Assembly: GCA_973895155.1 (NCBI GenBank)
Contig: OZ316894.1
Location: forward strand, 26,087,240 to 26,151,239
Length of the DNA stretch: 64,000 nt
From: Marsupella aquatica
Lineage: Eukaryota > Plantae > Marchantiophyta
Direction: 5' to 3'
The notes under the pieces are model-generated. The model was not told the origin of the DNA. It did no database searches and saw only the letters and a list, made by a program, of their open reading frames with translations. The position numbers and the translations under genes were made by a program. Position 1 is the first letter of the stretch; every line of letters begins with the position of its first letter. Shown one piece after another: positions 11,755 to 39,666 of this stretch.

Positions 11755-12970
11755 GAGGGTGAAAAATGACAAGCATTGACGGACCCATACCTCTCAAATC
11801 GATTCGGAATCAAGCGAATATAGGCTTGTTAGAACGCTGATGAAATCTTCTTTCCAGCGACCTATGGAAACCCTTCACTTAGCAATCAACGACGGAAAAC
11901 TGGACAAGAGCGAGCAGCAGCCCAGAGACACCGTTCTTCTAGGGGACTCACGGTCTCTACTCTCTACCCGTGACAAGCGACCACGGGTAGAGACCATCCG
12001 AGTTCTTTCCCTCCACCACCGGGAAGGCCAAAGGGTCGAAGGCCCGAGACGGAGTAGGTACAGGGGGTGATGATTGTGGAAGGGGCAGGGTGAAGAGCCG
12101 GGCCGGGCGGAGCGGGGTCGAGGGTGGTAGAACCAGGGGGGGGGGAACGTCAGGGGCGAGGGACAGGTGGAGGCAGAGGAAACGGGGGAGGAAGGGAGTC
12201 GAGAGAAGAACAAAGAGAAAGGATAGTAGGGCATGAGGAGAAAAGCATAAAACAAAGTACAGTAGTTGGCAGAAAGGGGCAGAGAGGTCATTCGATTAGA
12301 GTGGATTGGAGTGCAGTGCAGTCGGAAGAGCACGGGGGAGCGACTTGGAGAGTCGGAATTAAAGGTAGAGAGGTAGCGGAGCAAAGCGCAGGGGCAGAGA
12401 GGACGAATGTACTGAGGAATTCGAGAAATTCGGTAGCTCGAAGGAAGGTTTTTTGCTCGTGGTGGGAGCAGTGAGCACGACAATAATCAGAAGCAGGGGA
12501 TCGAGGAGTCTGGCATGACACGGGAGCAGACGTAGTGCTTTGAAGAAGATGATGATGATGGTGAGTAGAAGTAGGAATGAGATGTTCGTCGCGGAGGAGG
12601 CTCGGATCTCAAGGTGCGGGCCTCGGTGATGGTTGCTCAGTGTGTTTCTGTGGAAGATGAATTGGAAGCGATAGAGTGGCTATTTTGGGGGGCTTGGGAG
12701 TAGAGAAGTTGTCGAAATGATTCTCTTGCCTCATTTTGGCGGAGCCGTGGCATCCGTGGGAAGTCGCCGGGGACGGGCCGTGGTTTGAAGACTTGACTCG
12801 CGCCCGCTGTGGTGTCTTGAAGCATTGGAAGTCAGCGCTCTGTGTTGATTCAGCGATGTTCTCTTCCTGTGTTGATTGAGGTACAATGTGAGAGGGAGGT
12901 GGGCAGGACAGGGAAGGCTGGCTGTTGAAGGGAATAGCATGCCTTTAGAGGATGATTCCGCGGAAGGCTG
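11755..12970 (+). repeat. Inverted segmental duplication, copy 1 (upstream/5'UTR region of CHR5)
   Basis: Collinear reverse-complement match to 48503-49714 with long identical blocks, e.g. ATGCTATTCCCTTCAACAGCCAGCCTTCCCTGTCCTGCCCACCTCCCTCTCACATTG and GAAGATTTCATCAGCGTTCTAACAAGCCTA. The ORF track shows paired ORFs (11840/49628, 12825/48617). Confidence 0.95.
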
Positions 12971-13152
12971 GCTTTTTCTGCGGAGGTTAATTTGAATTTT
13001 TGTGGACACGTTGTCTGCAGGTTTTTTTCCTTGAAATGTTTTGCCGTGAGGAATGAATTTGTGGGAAGGTTTGGTTGAGGAATGTGCGACCGAACCGATT
13101 TGGATTGTTCTGGCGCAGATGTATGTGTGTCACTCGAGTGAGTAGTTAAACG

Positions 13153-27353
<14,201 letters not shown>

Positions 27354-28529
27354 ATTAGAACGGGCTGGACGTGATTGCCGCCAACCCATACCACATTCAG
27401 TAGCCAGATAGGATCCAATTTGAGAGTTCGTCCCCGTGCCTCTCCACCTTTCCAGATATACTGAATTGCCATTTTTTAAGCATCAAATAAGATTCTTCAG
27501 CCAAAGTTGGCCAGTACAAAATTGATCCCTTCGACACTTTTTGTTACAGACTGTATTATCTGATCTTGCTCATCAGACTTTGGAGCCATCCTGTAATCGC
27601 ATCAGACCAGCTGAAGGAGATGGATGCGTGGGGAGCAGGCTTTCCTTTGTAGAGAAACAAAAGAGATCATGTTGATTGCTCTTCCACAAGTTGAAGCTGG
27701 CGTCCATGGCTTGCCAACTGGCGATCATGTTGATCCCTTGTAACGTTTTGTCAATGCCTGGTCCCTGCTCATCAGGCTTGAGTGGTTGTAGATTGATCTA
27801 AACAGCTAACAGCTATCCACTATCCAGCTAGAGCCCATAGAGCCAAATGTTCATGGAACCCGTTTACCCTTAGAAAAGTAAGGCGTTTAGATTGCAGGAC
27901 TTAATGCTGTTCCCTATTTTTGTAGAGTTGAGTCGGACAGAGGTAGTGCACTGCCATTGCAACGTCCGGACTGTGTCATGTGGGTTGATGGATCTCCTTG
28001 ATTGCCTGGAGGTAGGAACCAGCTGATAGCAAGTACTGCCTGAGCTGGTCTTCTCATCTAAGTTGGGAGGATAATCAACACAAGTTGGGAGTCGATCCCC
28101 AGATTGGTGGATTCCACCATTGTAATTACTTTTGTGCATGAAAAATTATATCAGTGCAGATGCAACGCAGACTTTTTTTCGTAACTTGAAGATCACATCA
28201 CCACCTAAGTTCCAAGTCGTTTTCACAGTATGAGCAGGCTACCTACATTCTTGGTAATTAGAATCAAACCTGGGACCTGTTGGGTTCTGAGGGGCTTTTT
28301 GTGAACTATACATTTAGACAAGATCTTCATTTTGTCGAAGATCACGCAGTTTACTGAATTGATGGATTCACAAGGAGAATCGAGTGGAGGGATATCAACA
28401 TGTAGATATAGCACGGCCAACTTGAATGTCCATTCTAGTAATTGTAGCAATTCTACAGTACATATTGTGGGAGGTTCGGTTTTTCAAATTTGATATTCAT
28501 TCTTTCTCTCTTTTCCCCTCAGATTTACT

Positions 28530-28684
28530 ATCCTCAATGCCTGGATATACAAGTGAGAATGAAGCTCTATGGTTTCTCTGTCTTTTCCTCTCAAATTTAC
28601 TCTCCATTTTTTTCTTTAATTTCTTTTGGTGTTCTGAAGTACAATGATCCTCAATGCCTGGATATACAAGTGAAAATGAAGCTC
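28530..28684. repeat. Dispersed ~39-bp direct repeat pair
   Basis: ATCCTCAATGCCTGGATATACAAGTGA(G/A)AATGAAGCTC at ~28530 and ~28647. Confidence 0.85.
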
Positions 28685-28799
28685 AAATGGACCTCTAGGT
28701 TTGCCAAGGTGCTCCTTTGGAAGTTTTCAACCCAAATGTATCACAAAACAGAATGTCACAACAAATTCCTAATTAGCCAATCCCAGTTTTGTGGTTTCT

Positions 28800-28900
28800 G
28801 TCTATAGTCTATGGGAGTCTATAGTCTATGGGAGCATCAAATTGTAAAATGGTGCTTCTTAATAATAATAATAATAATAATAATAACAACAGCAACAACA
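28800..28900. repeat. 17-bp tandem pair followed by an (AAT)n/(AAC)n microsatellite
   Basis: GTCTATAGTCTATGGGA x2, then AATAATAAT...AACAACAGCAACAACA. Confidence 0.85.
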
Positions 28901-29823
28901 AGTTCTTCAGTTACTAACTTTGCTCCTAATTCCTCTAATTTCATAATGTGGTTCAATAGAATGCACTTACAATTTGCGTAAGATCATTCTTCAAAATATT
29001 TGATATCTTTACATTTTTCCTGGATTTATCATATTCTTGAGTTAATACTATATTTCTTTTCTCAATATTACTATCCGTTCTTTTTCTTTACTTTCATTTC
29101 ATTTTCTGATTCTACGTTGATTACCTGAAAGTAGTCCTCTGATGGCCGCTGTGGCAACTAGTGTGGACAGTTAAGAGTCTTGGCAGGCTTTACATGTACT
29201 AATTAAGGCTCAACCAGCTAAGTATGGATGAAAAAATTGGTTAGGAAGGACACATTTGCAAATTAGTGAAGGACCCCCTCATTTGGGTTTATCATCCCCT
29301 CACTCTTAGTAGAGGTACTACTAAGGGTGCCCCTCTCAGACAGAAGGTGCCTCTCAACTACTATGGGGGCCGTTTGTGATGAAAGTTGCCTCTCCTCACA
29401 AATAGTTGTAACCTTCTCAGAAGCTAAGCAAACCTGCAAAAACTCTGAACATTTGTCAGCAGGTAACTTGAAAATCAAAAATCATGCTGGTAGACTTCAG
29501 ACCAAACTAAGGTCCAGAAATAGTTCAAACAAATGGGTGCTTCTGGCTAAAAAAACAAATACCCACTTCAGAAAAATGCAGTCTAGGCACTCTGAGTAAA
29601 AGTCTGGTGCACTCTCAATTACTAAGGGTTCCCTCTATGGCAAAGAGTGTCCAGCAATTGAAAACTGGGTAGCACTGGTGACTTCACAAATGACTCATGG
29701 AGTAAAAAAATTCTCTAAGAATGACTCTTCACCCTGAAATTTAGGAGCCTCTTTCAAATTAGGATCTTCTTCTGCTCGAGAGCAAATCAATTGTGCTACG
29801 TGGGGCTTCCACGAAATTCGTGC

Positions 29824-29909
29824 CCATTCCTCAACACATGCGTCTCCTACAATGCTAGGTTTGGCTTCCATGGAATTCTTGTCCATTCCTCAACACATGC
29901 GTCTCCTAC
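29824..29909. repeat. ~59-bp-period tandem duplication inside a probable transposon relic
   Basis: CCATTCCTCAACACATGCGTCTCCTAC occurs twice, and GDACVEEW appears twice in the minus-strand ORFs. Confidence 0.8.
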
Positions 29910-31977
29910 GAATGTGCACAAGATGTGATTGATTTCTTCTCCTGGCTGGTAGGACTCCCATGGCCGCATTCTTGACAGATTTTCTTGCGGTAAGTGAAAC
30001 ACTTGGGTGTTGAATGTTGTCCCCCACAAAAATGGTTGCTGGTGTGCACAAATGGAGAAGGTTTTTCAAGAAGGGAGGACTGATGATCACCACATAGCCT
30101 GAAAAGCGGTAGGATGTCTGTCCAACGTTGTCATGAGGTTTTTCATTCCAAGGGAGAAACCCTCATGTGGTTTGAATGCAACTACCTGTGCAAAATATAG
30201 GATTTAAAGAAATTAAAGCAATATATAGCGGATCAAATCGCAGGTTGTCAACTTCCATATCTTTCTTGTTGCTTAACCAAATCTTATTTTGTAAAGTGCA
30301 TGAGAAAGATCTTTGCAAGGCGAGTACAATTAGTCTAAAGCACTTCATAAACATGTAAGTATTAAGAAAGATATAGACCTACTCATTTGGCTGTTTCTAT
30401 TCGAATTTGGTTTCAAAAGCAATTCAAATTAATGGAGTGAGGTGGCACCACAAGGAGCAATGTGGCACCTAGGGAGGCCATGTGACGTTTGTTGGTTTGG
30501 TTTCCATTCAGGTGCGGCCAATTGTTGGGCTTCAAAACAGTGAGCTTTGACATGGAACTGCAACGAGAAGAATAAAGGAGAAGAGGAAGTGTGGGTAAGA
30601 TTCATTGTTCAATTGCTCTCTAAGTTTTTGGTGAGGATTTCTTGGTGGAGAGCTATGGAGTTTAGGGGAGGGAGAATAGAATAGAGAATGATCCCAAGAT
30701 TGATGGGAGTGTAGAGAATTTGAGCCATAGCTCCTTTCTCCTAGAGGCCTGATGTTTGAAGGTCCTAGTGGAGAGTTCTGTGGATAAGTCATTCTCTTGG
30801 TAAGGAATAGAGAAAGTTGAGTTGATGTTGAAAGATTAAACTTTTGAAGGTTTTTGTGATGGTTTTGGGGCAGTTTCTTGGATGTGAGAAATTGAGAGGC
30901 ATACAAAAGTTTTCTTGGGCTGAAAACTATATAGGGAGCACAGTAATGACAAAGAGCTTCAAGGCGAGACCCGTGTATGTTCATTTACTTAGAGATGAAA
31001 AGTTGGAAAGTTCATACCAATATAATCTCCCCTTATAATAAAACAACCTTATGCTTTGTCGCTTGTGATGTGCCAATTAGTGGAATTGAGTTTTCAAGAA
31101 ATGACCCAAAAGCTTGTACAGGCTCCACTTTAAGAATTTTACCACCTGTCCACCCCATAAAGGGCGTGCACATTTCCACCAAGAATTGCATTTGTTGTTT
31201 GTGGGTAGAGAAGGTTTACCCACAAACATTTCATATTAGTAAACTTGTGTTAATAGATGTATACATTGTTGAGTGTGTTGTTTTTTATATTTACCTGGGA
31301 AATCTGAATGTTGCACTGGTTTTATTTTGGGACAAATTAATGGGGGACTACACTCAGTAGCATACCTTTAAAGGTAATACTCTATTAATACTATTAACTC
31401 TCATTCAGGTTATCAACACTGGCTTTTGTTGGGATATTGTCACAACCAGTAGAGTAGCGTAGTGCCATCTTAGTTTGTGTAATCAATGACTAATTAAAAC
31501 ATTTTGAGTTCCTCGCATGTGAAACTTATAAATAATTTTCTGTGTAAGTTTTAAGGATTCATGGTGTAAACACTGACTTTTCAGTGTACATTCTAAAATG
31601 AAAACTGAAAACAAGATACTATTCTGCCATTGCATGCATGACTTCCTAAGATGAAAAATTTACTAAGATTCACCCAGATCCTGCGCAAACCAGGATGGTA
31701 CTATAGTGTTGGACCTTGCTGCAAAAAGTTATTCTGGAACAAAATAGCAAGCTGCTGGAGGAATGATACAGAGCAACCAAAGTATTCCCTTTACAATTGA
31801 ACTACAATCCTCTCACAATTTGTTTTTGTAAAACTATTCTTAACTAAGGTTATGTACACAATCTAACATTGAACAATAGGTTATTCACAATGAAACAATT
31901 GTGACCCAGCTTAGTATGGATCGTTTGTCTCATTCACACTACTATATCTCTTCATAAAATCTGACTATGATTGTGTT

Positions 31978-34900
31978 TTACTTTTTTGACTTGGACTGGG
32001 TGATCCTTTTGATAACCTCATCTGAAATATGAATTCCCTTATCTCTCAAAAGACTTTGAAAATTCTCCATCGTGCCTCTAGCCTGCAAAATTCTTTTCAA
32101 ATCTCGTTGCAAGTTTTGGAGCCGGTTGCAAACATGCTTGTTCTCTGTTCTTGCTTCCCTGCAACAAAAAGTTAACAAACATTGATATCTTACTGTAGAC
32201 GTCTCTTGAAGTTGATGCTCAGACGGACCACCATGTTTGCTCTAAGGATTCGGATGGACTATGCACTTGTTGACACCAAAAATGTGAGAATTAGTACAGC
32301 AAAAAGGTATTATCTCCAAGAGATAAAACTGAAATTGCAAGGTGGTCCATTTGAGTTTGAATAGTTCATCCAAGCATCTTGTCAAGTTTTGTGATCTATG
32401 GGAGCTTGAGTTTCTACCTCTTTCATTATTAATGTTACTTGATTCTTCCTCAAAATGTCTGATGTTTTGCAACCCAAATATAGTAGCAATTTTTGAATAT
32501 CTGGATTTCTCTTTCAGCAAAACTGCTGAGTATATCAATTTGCAAAGTTTACTATCCCAAGAGATTTTTTTTTACTCTTTCAACTTTCAACACAGCTATC
32601 TTGGGTTGTATAAGACTAATTAACAATACTTCCAAATGAATCTTTTGTTTATTTTCATTGAGTTTTGCAAATACTTTCTGATTTTAGGAAATGTAAGGTA
32701 ATCTAATATTTTTGCATAGGGCTAAAAACGGTTGAAGGTAGTTCCTGTATGTCTAGGCAATGGCAAAAGCATGTTCCATACCTTAACTCAAACTTGAGTT
32801 GGGTTTCAGGCAGTTTTTTTTCCTTCATTTTCTCGTCTGCTTCCTTGACGACATTCATGAGATAAGCCTGGGGTTGCTCAATGTACTTTGAATGTTTGAC
32901 TGAAGCTTGGACAAGTTCCTGCAGGTTGCATTACAATTTTGATTATATTTGTTGTACAGTTGTCCCAACAGCTGTTGTTGACAAGGTCCGCAGAAAAATC
33001 TGAGGGGCATCTTTCTGGCATATCCTTTCTGTCTAATGAGGGGGACAAAGCAAGAGAGTTTCCTAACCTTCAGAATCTTGCCTTTTGTCTTTTGGTCCTC
33101 TGCTCTCTCTTTCTTCAGTAACTGTTTACTCCCAGAGCTTCCCATTTGTTCGCTCTTGACATGGGAATCCAGATCCCCATGCTTCTCACCATTATCATAT
33201 GTCGCATATTTCTTTTTCAACTTAGAAATTTCCTCCCAACTTTGAGTCCCGTGCTCAATAGCTGCTCCAAAAATGGATAGTTACATAGGTTTCAACATAA
33301 AATATGTTTCATTGGGAACCCAAATGTAGATCTAGACTAACCACGTACAATACTAAGCTCTAGATAACTACTTATATTGTGCAAATTGTCTGACCCAGTG
33401 TTTATAGGTTGCATTGTAACCATTGCCTGGAGAAAAACAAAGATATCAATAAATGTTCACTTCTTTAAACGAAGACTCGTACCTTGTGCATGTGTGGCTC
33501 CAATTTGTTTCTCATACATGCTCAACCTTTGTTTGCAAATCTTTAAATGAGTTTTTGCCACTTCCAACTCATGCTTTAAGTCTTCAAAGGGTTTTCCTGA
33601 CTGTTCCTCAAGTCTCACATGCTTCTCTTTTAAAATTCTTAACTCAACATGTTGAATCTCCAATTCACTCCTCAGATGCGCAAGAGCGTGTCCAGATTCC
33701 ATTTCTAGAGTGTGATACCTCTCATTAAGAAGCTAACCACAAAGAGCGAAAGCAAGCATACATATTTAAATGGAGTTAGTAGTAGAAGAAAGTTTGATTT
33801 GAAGAATCTCACTAAAAACAAACTTCTAACAAAGGATACCACTTTGTTTAAGGCATGACCTTGTACATTTGGCCACAGTTAGTTTATAGCCTGCTATAGC
33901 CCGGTTCGTAGAAGAATAATGCACCATCTTCTAAGGCATGTTTTGGAGGAAGAGACTAAGTGTAGGAACTGTTAGTCATGTGAACAAAAACTACTCAAGG
34001 AGCCGTTTCTCAAATTTATTCCTAGCTTAGTAGTGTGATGTGAATGGAGCTCCTCTGTAAGTTCCTTGTCTTACAAGACGCTTAAATACATGATTTTACC
34101 TGCACACTAAAGACAGATGATATAATATAACATATGTAATCAAGGTAAAACTATGCAAGACAACATGAAACTTTGTGTAGCAAACGATTTAAACTAATTC
34201 TTCTTGAGAATGGATTTGAACCTTGACTTTTGCTTGGAGAGCTTCATTGTCAAATGATTTTTGGTTTGACAAGCATTTGATCTCTTGTTGGACCATGCGC
34301 AGCTGCTCCAGCTCAAAGTCACGCATTTTTATTTCACTTTGTGCTTTAATGTCCCTTGCCTCTGATACTCTTTGAAGCTCCTGATACCTTCATGATATCC
34401 AACAACTCTTCCAAGTATACATAAGAAGGATTATAAAAATGTTCCTTATCTTTGAGAAGGTATGGAACAACATAACCCAGGTGGAAAGAAACTCCTTTAA
34501 CCACAATATTAATCATAGTAAAGGGAAATATATAATTACTTGAAAAGAATTTCATCATGCGTTGATTTACTTTCTCGTGCAATAGCCAAAGCTCGTTCAG
34601 CTTCTGAAAGCGCTGCATCTCTCATCTCACGAAATGTTCTGCATTATTGATACACAAGAAAACATGACCATCTTTTCCATAATGAACTTTTAATGGGTGT
34701 TCCTTATGAATTGAAAGTTGATGGGAAATTCTTGTGTAGATTGAGGCAGATAAAAAAATTGTATGGGCTTCTACAAAAGAACTTTTTACTCGTCTTGAAA
34801 AAAGATACAACACCTTAATATTCAGCTTGAGGTGACATTTGAACCATTGAGTAAACCACTGGATTTGCAAGTGAACTCATACTCTAAAAGTAACATTATA

Positions 34901-37900
34901 CTTGATGACCTGAGATGTGGACAAGGAAAGAATCCCAGACAGGATATATCATCATGTGTGGGTGTTTTTTACTTCAAGCCATGAGAATTTCATACCGTAC
35001 TTTCTCATCTGCAACCTCGGTTGCCTCTTTCCGAATTTGTTCAATGTCCTTATTTGCTTGCTCTCTCAACCGCGACAATTCAGCCTAGTGTAATCATTAA
35101 TTAGCAAATATGACCTTGTAGTCCTTTCTCAAACAACCATGGTTTGCTTGATATGCTTGACTTCAAATCAAGAATATCTTCTTGACACAAGGTGAAATGA
35201 ATGAAACAAACTGTGCGATTGCACAACAACAAGTTTAAGCAATTGAGTTAGGAGCTGGTATTGGGCATTTCAACCTCCTACAAGAATTAAATCAAGGAGT
35301 CAAAGGCAAATTAAATACTGAACCCGGGCCTGCCCCACTCTACAACAATATTATAATTTCTGCCTATTTATGCCCTTTTTCTGCAGGCAGGAGGTGGCAC
35401 CAAGTCCACAAAGGGAACAATAATCTGCTGCAAAGATAGTTTTATCTGTGGTAACTTTGATAGCAACAAAGTGATAGTCATTGACTCCTTCAGGAGATCC
35501 TTAACTCAACGGTTAACAAAACGGCAAGCATAAAGACCCACCACCTTTGTGAGCCCCCAGTGAGGTCAACTTAATATGTCATTGTGAAAGGTAGATGTGC
35601 AGAAGTTGGTACCTGAAGACGTTGCTCATGGGCAGCTTGAGTATCTTTTCCATCATTTAAGACTTTATCATAGAGCTCTTTCTTTGTGCTTCTCAATGCC
35701 TTAGTCTTCTCTTGCTGACGTTCTAGATCTTGCTCCAACTTTTTCACATGATCCAACTTGGTTTTCACTTCCCTGCTCAGATAAACCTGGAATGAAAGAG
35801 TGCCCATGTAAGAATGTTTCCAGGAGAAAACATTATTCTTCATGTTAATGACCTTATGTAAAGTGTAAAGGCAATACTGGGCATGAATGTGTTTGAATTT
35901 ATATAAATATTGTTTTTCAATCTCGAGAAACCTGAAAAATGGTGTGTACTTATAGGAAATAGTCAAAATTAAAAACCAAGAAAATTGCTTACCTACAAAT
36001 TGATATTCCGCAACAAAATCATCCTCATGTAACCTGAATTATACCTTGGCTCTAAATAGATATTATCATTTTAACTTATGACCTTGTTATTTCAGTATTT
36101 GAAAAACTGTATGATAACATCAAAGTTTTTGTACCATCCTATTGGTAAAACTTCTTTTATAAAAATTAGCTTAGCACTTGAAATTACAGTGGTGGGATAA
36201 GTTCATTCAATCAGGCTTGGAGCTAAAGAGGGAGTAGGTTTATCTCAAGATTTTCTTTTGTTCATTCATATATAATTATATTTATGTACTTGGTCATAAG
36301 CATTGTACACATGAAAAAAATTACAAACCTAGAGTAGCCATGTAATTGGAGAAGTGGTCATTCAAGTTTCATTGGTAGTATATCTCCAAGTTGTTTCGTA
36401 ACAGGCATGTAAATCAAACATTGTATTTACAAAAAGGCATACAAATTACTCTTGTTGGGGGTGACAAAGGCGTCTTAATATGACAGAGAGACAAATATGA
36501 AAGAGGTCACAAATCCACTGCACTGTTTTTACTGTTAAATGGCTGACCTGTAGGTGAACTTCCAGGACAAATATCCATTTCCTCTTTCGAATTTCCATAC
36601 AAAACAAACCCATATTTTGCTCGAGAGTTTTACATTCTTTCCTCCAAAGTTCTACATTCAAGACGAACCATTCTCTTTTGTTCCTCATTCCTTAGGCACC
36701 TTGTCCATGTTGAGAAGATCTAAACAATGATCCTTGTCTTTGATTGTGCTCAACAAGCGTTGCTTCTCATCATTCACAAGTTGCAATTGGGCTGCCAACA
36801 CTGCTTTCTGGCTTTCAGCTTCCATTCCATTTTGCTCTGATGTGTTTAACTTCTCTTTAACCTTCAGATTTCTTGCAATAATACAAAATGGCCATGTAAG
36901 TCAATTTGGTGTACATCAAGACATTAATTGCAGAGAAAACCAATTAAGCTAAGAAAATGAGCTTGGAACAGGCAAACCATTTCCTAGTAAAAAGTATGGC
37001 AAATGTATAAATATTTGGCCATCTTGTATTATGTGCTAGTCAAATGTTTTCACATCCTTACATACAGCAAGTTTTGCATGATTTACAGTTTCCAGTTCAT
37101 CCATGTGAAGGTTATAGTTAATTTATGCACATCCTTACCTTTGAGTCATAATTCCCATTCAAACGAGCATTCAAAGCATCCAAAGATGATTATGCACTGG
37201 AAAATTTAAATGATTAGTATAGGAATTTGGTTCAGAATTTCCACATTTATGGGGATATGATATACATGGGCATCTGATTTAATCAAAATTGCAACCCCCG
37301 GGAGAAAACCAAAAAGAAAGGCATCTGATGGAAGGGCATACATGCAATAAGTCATTAATGATCAGATATAATGTCAGGGGATCTGCCAAAATTACCCACA
37401 AATTAATTAAACACCGATGTTTGCAATGACTGTGTGTTGATGGGATGCAAGGTATTATGAACCTTTGTATCAGAAATTCTTACATTTTCTAATGAACTTT
37501 GTAAAAACAGCCTTTCTCCATGTCCAAGGTTAATCCATGGTATTGGGTATGAACTGTATCTCTGGGGAAATAAAAACAAAATCTTGATCTCTGGAAATAT
37601 TAGATGGTCACATCTCATGTGAGTAGTATACCTCATCATACATGGATCCTTTGGCTTTGAGAACTTCTAGTTGAACCCGAGTCTCTCTAACCTCTGCTTC
37701 CAATCTCTCATTGCGGGCCCTCAATGCACCCATTTCCTCATCACTCTCCATTTTCCTCAAGGCCACTTCTGCCACTACACGGTGCATTTCTCGATTCAAT
37801 TTCTCCACTGCATCATTTTCTCGTGCCAGGGCCTCTCTGCCACATAGCCAGGCAGTCAATCAGTGGATATTCACGAGCTCTAAGAGAAATCAACCTTCAT

Positions 37901-39666
37901 ATATTTGATTTTTCTCCTGTGTAGTGGTGAACTAAAGCAGTGAATATTAAGCAACAGCGCACTTCTTGGCTTTATGGGTTCAGTATTTTATTTTTCAAGC
38001 ACAATAAATTACTCAGAAAATTTTCTGAAAAACCAAAAAATCTGTGTAATCATAATTTCCACTAACCTTGATGTATCTCTCTCTTTTTGCATAGAACCTA
38101 CTTCCTCTTTCACATTCTTCATTTTTTGGTATGCTAATATTTGAAGATGACCCTTCACACTTCGCTTCTCATCTGGTATTGCCATAAGCTCAAGATACCT
38201 GTTGTGAAATCCAAAGATTGTGGCTAAAATGCTGCCTTCATGGCCACTTACACCTTGATAAATTAAACAGAATTTTGTATGTATTGGTGCAAACCAAAGT
38301 ACATGCATCCACAACAATTACACTCACAAAGTCTCGGAAATGTTAAGGTCATGTAGGACATCTTTCAATGATTTCAGTTGCTCCTCCAAGATGGGCACTT
38401 CAAGCTCAATCTGATTGTAGACAGCAAAACCAAAACGGAAATCAGTTATACGCATTGAACACCAAGTGTTGGTTTCGATCACCATATCAAAGGCCATTTC
38501 CCTGAGACTTACTATCTGATCTCCACTTATTATGTCAAGTCTATATGACCAGGTCAACCAGCAGGAAAGTGTATTACCTGATCTTGTCTTGCTTTAAATA
38601 GCTCTAAGTCTTTATGAGCTTGTCTTTGCAATTGTACTACTTCCTCCTGGAGTCTGTGGAGAAACAAAATTGAGCTTATCCACCAAGCCAAGCAAAACTT
38701 AGAAAGAAAGTTTGAGTACTGCAATTTTGGAGCACAGGATGCCTTTTTCATTTGGGTACCTTTTAAGTACAAGACTTTGTTGAGAGTCTTGTCTAGTCTT
38801 TTCTTGGTGCAAAATGTTAACCTCAGCCATGAGCATAGCCACAAGTATTCGGCTATCACCCAGTTGCTGAACCAAATGTTCAACCTCATCTTGGAATATT
38901 CCTAATGAAAACCATTCATGGACACAATGTTAGACACACTCGTCATAGTTTGACATTTTCCAAGGGCAGCTAGATTTTAGGTTTCATCTAAGAAATTGAA
39001 ACTCTTGACTCTCAAAGTAGACTGCATTATCAGTTTCTGTAGTACTTTAAATAAGGGATTGGCATGTAGGCAATTCCTTTGATATAAAGAATACAGTGAA
39101 ATCTCAACAACTGATATTTCAAGTCAACATGGACTATTTGTAAACTTCCTATCAAGTTGACTTGAAGATAGCTCAGTAAATCTTGTACTCGAGATATTGC
39201 TGCTTGACTCTGTGCTGTTATCAGTAGTAGAGGAACTCGAATACTCGGCTGGCACTCTTGTCTCCAAAACCTGCTCCAGAGCTCCCTGATACCAGATCAG
39301 CTTCAAATCAGATAAGTGAAGCCAAATTGTAATGCTTACGTTGTACTACCTACTACACTATTGAAACCAGGTACAATTAATGTCCACCGTTCTGGACTAG
39401 ATTTGAACCAAGGTACTAAAAAGGACAGGAGAAAGAAGCTTGTTACTACTTTGTGTGTTATCTTTGGCGGTATTCACTATCATTAGATGCAAAATATGGC
39501 AGCCAGAAACAGCTACACAAATCAGTAGAACAAGGCTGAGCTTACGAGAGAAAGATCCTTACTTCATCGGGATTTCCATCTGAACGATTCCCATCATGTA
39601 AATGAGTTGGTGATTCTTGGTCTTGATGAGTTTCTTGGCAACCATCTGGAGCGTGCAATTCCCCAT
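31978..39666 (-). CDS. PIBF1: PIBF1/CEP90-like centriole/basal-body coiled-coil protein (multi-exon; true start upstream and unresolved, last exon uncertain)
   Basis: Minus-strand exons are collinear with animal PIBF1 as recalled from memory: LETRVPAEYSSSS ~ LETTVPTDDISSS; LHDLNISETLYLELMAIPDEKRSV ~ [36 protein letters not shown] ~ LLQKDKEYLNRQ; KKELYDK..HEQRLQAELSRLREQANKDIEQIRK ~ [47 protein letters not shown] ~ LREARDNAVAEKERA; YQELQ..KMRDFELE ~ YRELQ..KLKSFESE; EQPQAYLM ~ QQPYRYLI; DLKRILQAR ~ DLEQLLNHR. Confidence 0.8.

Noticed and set aside
11875-12483. Pro/Ser-rich ORFs in both copies of the duplicated cassette (also 48848-49671)
   Set aside because: Frames and lengths are not preserved between copies, and they are explained by the purine/pyrimidine-skewed leader sequence.
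31978-39306. Synaptonemal complex ZYP1 or generic myosin-like call for the coiled-coil gene
   Set aside because: Several ordered motifs match PIBF1/CEP90, and no ZYP1-specific N-terminal motif was found.
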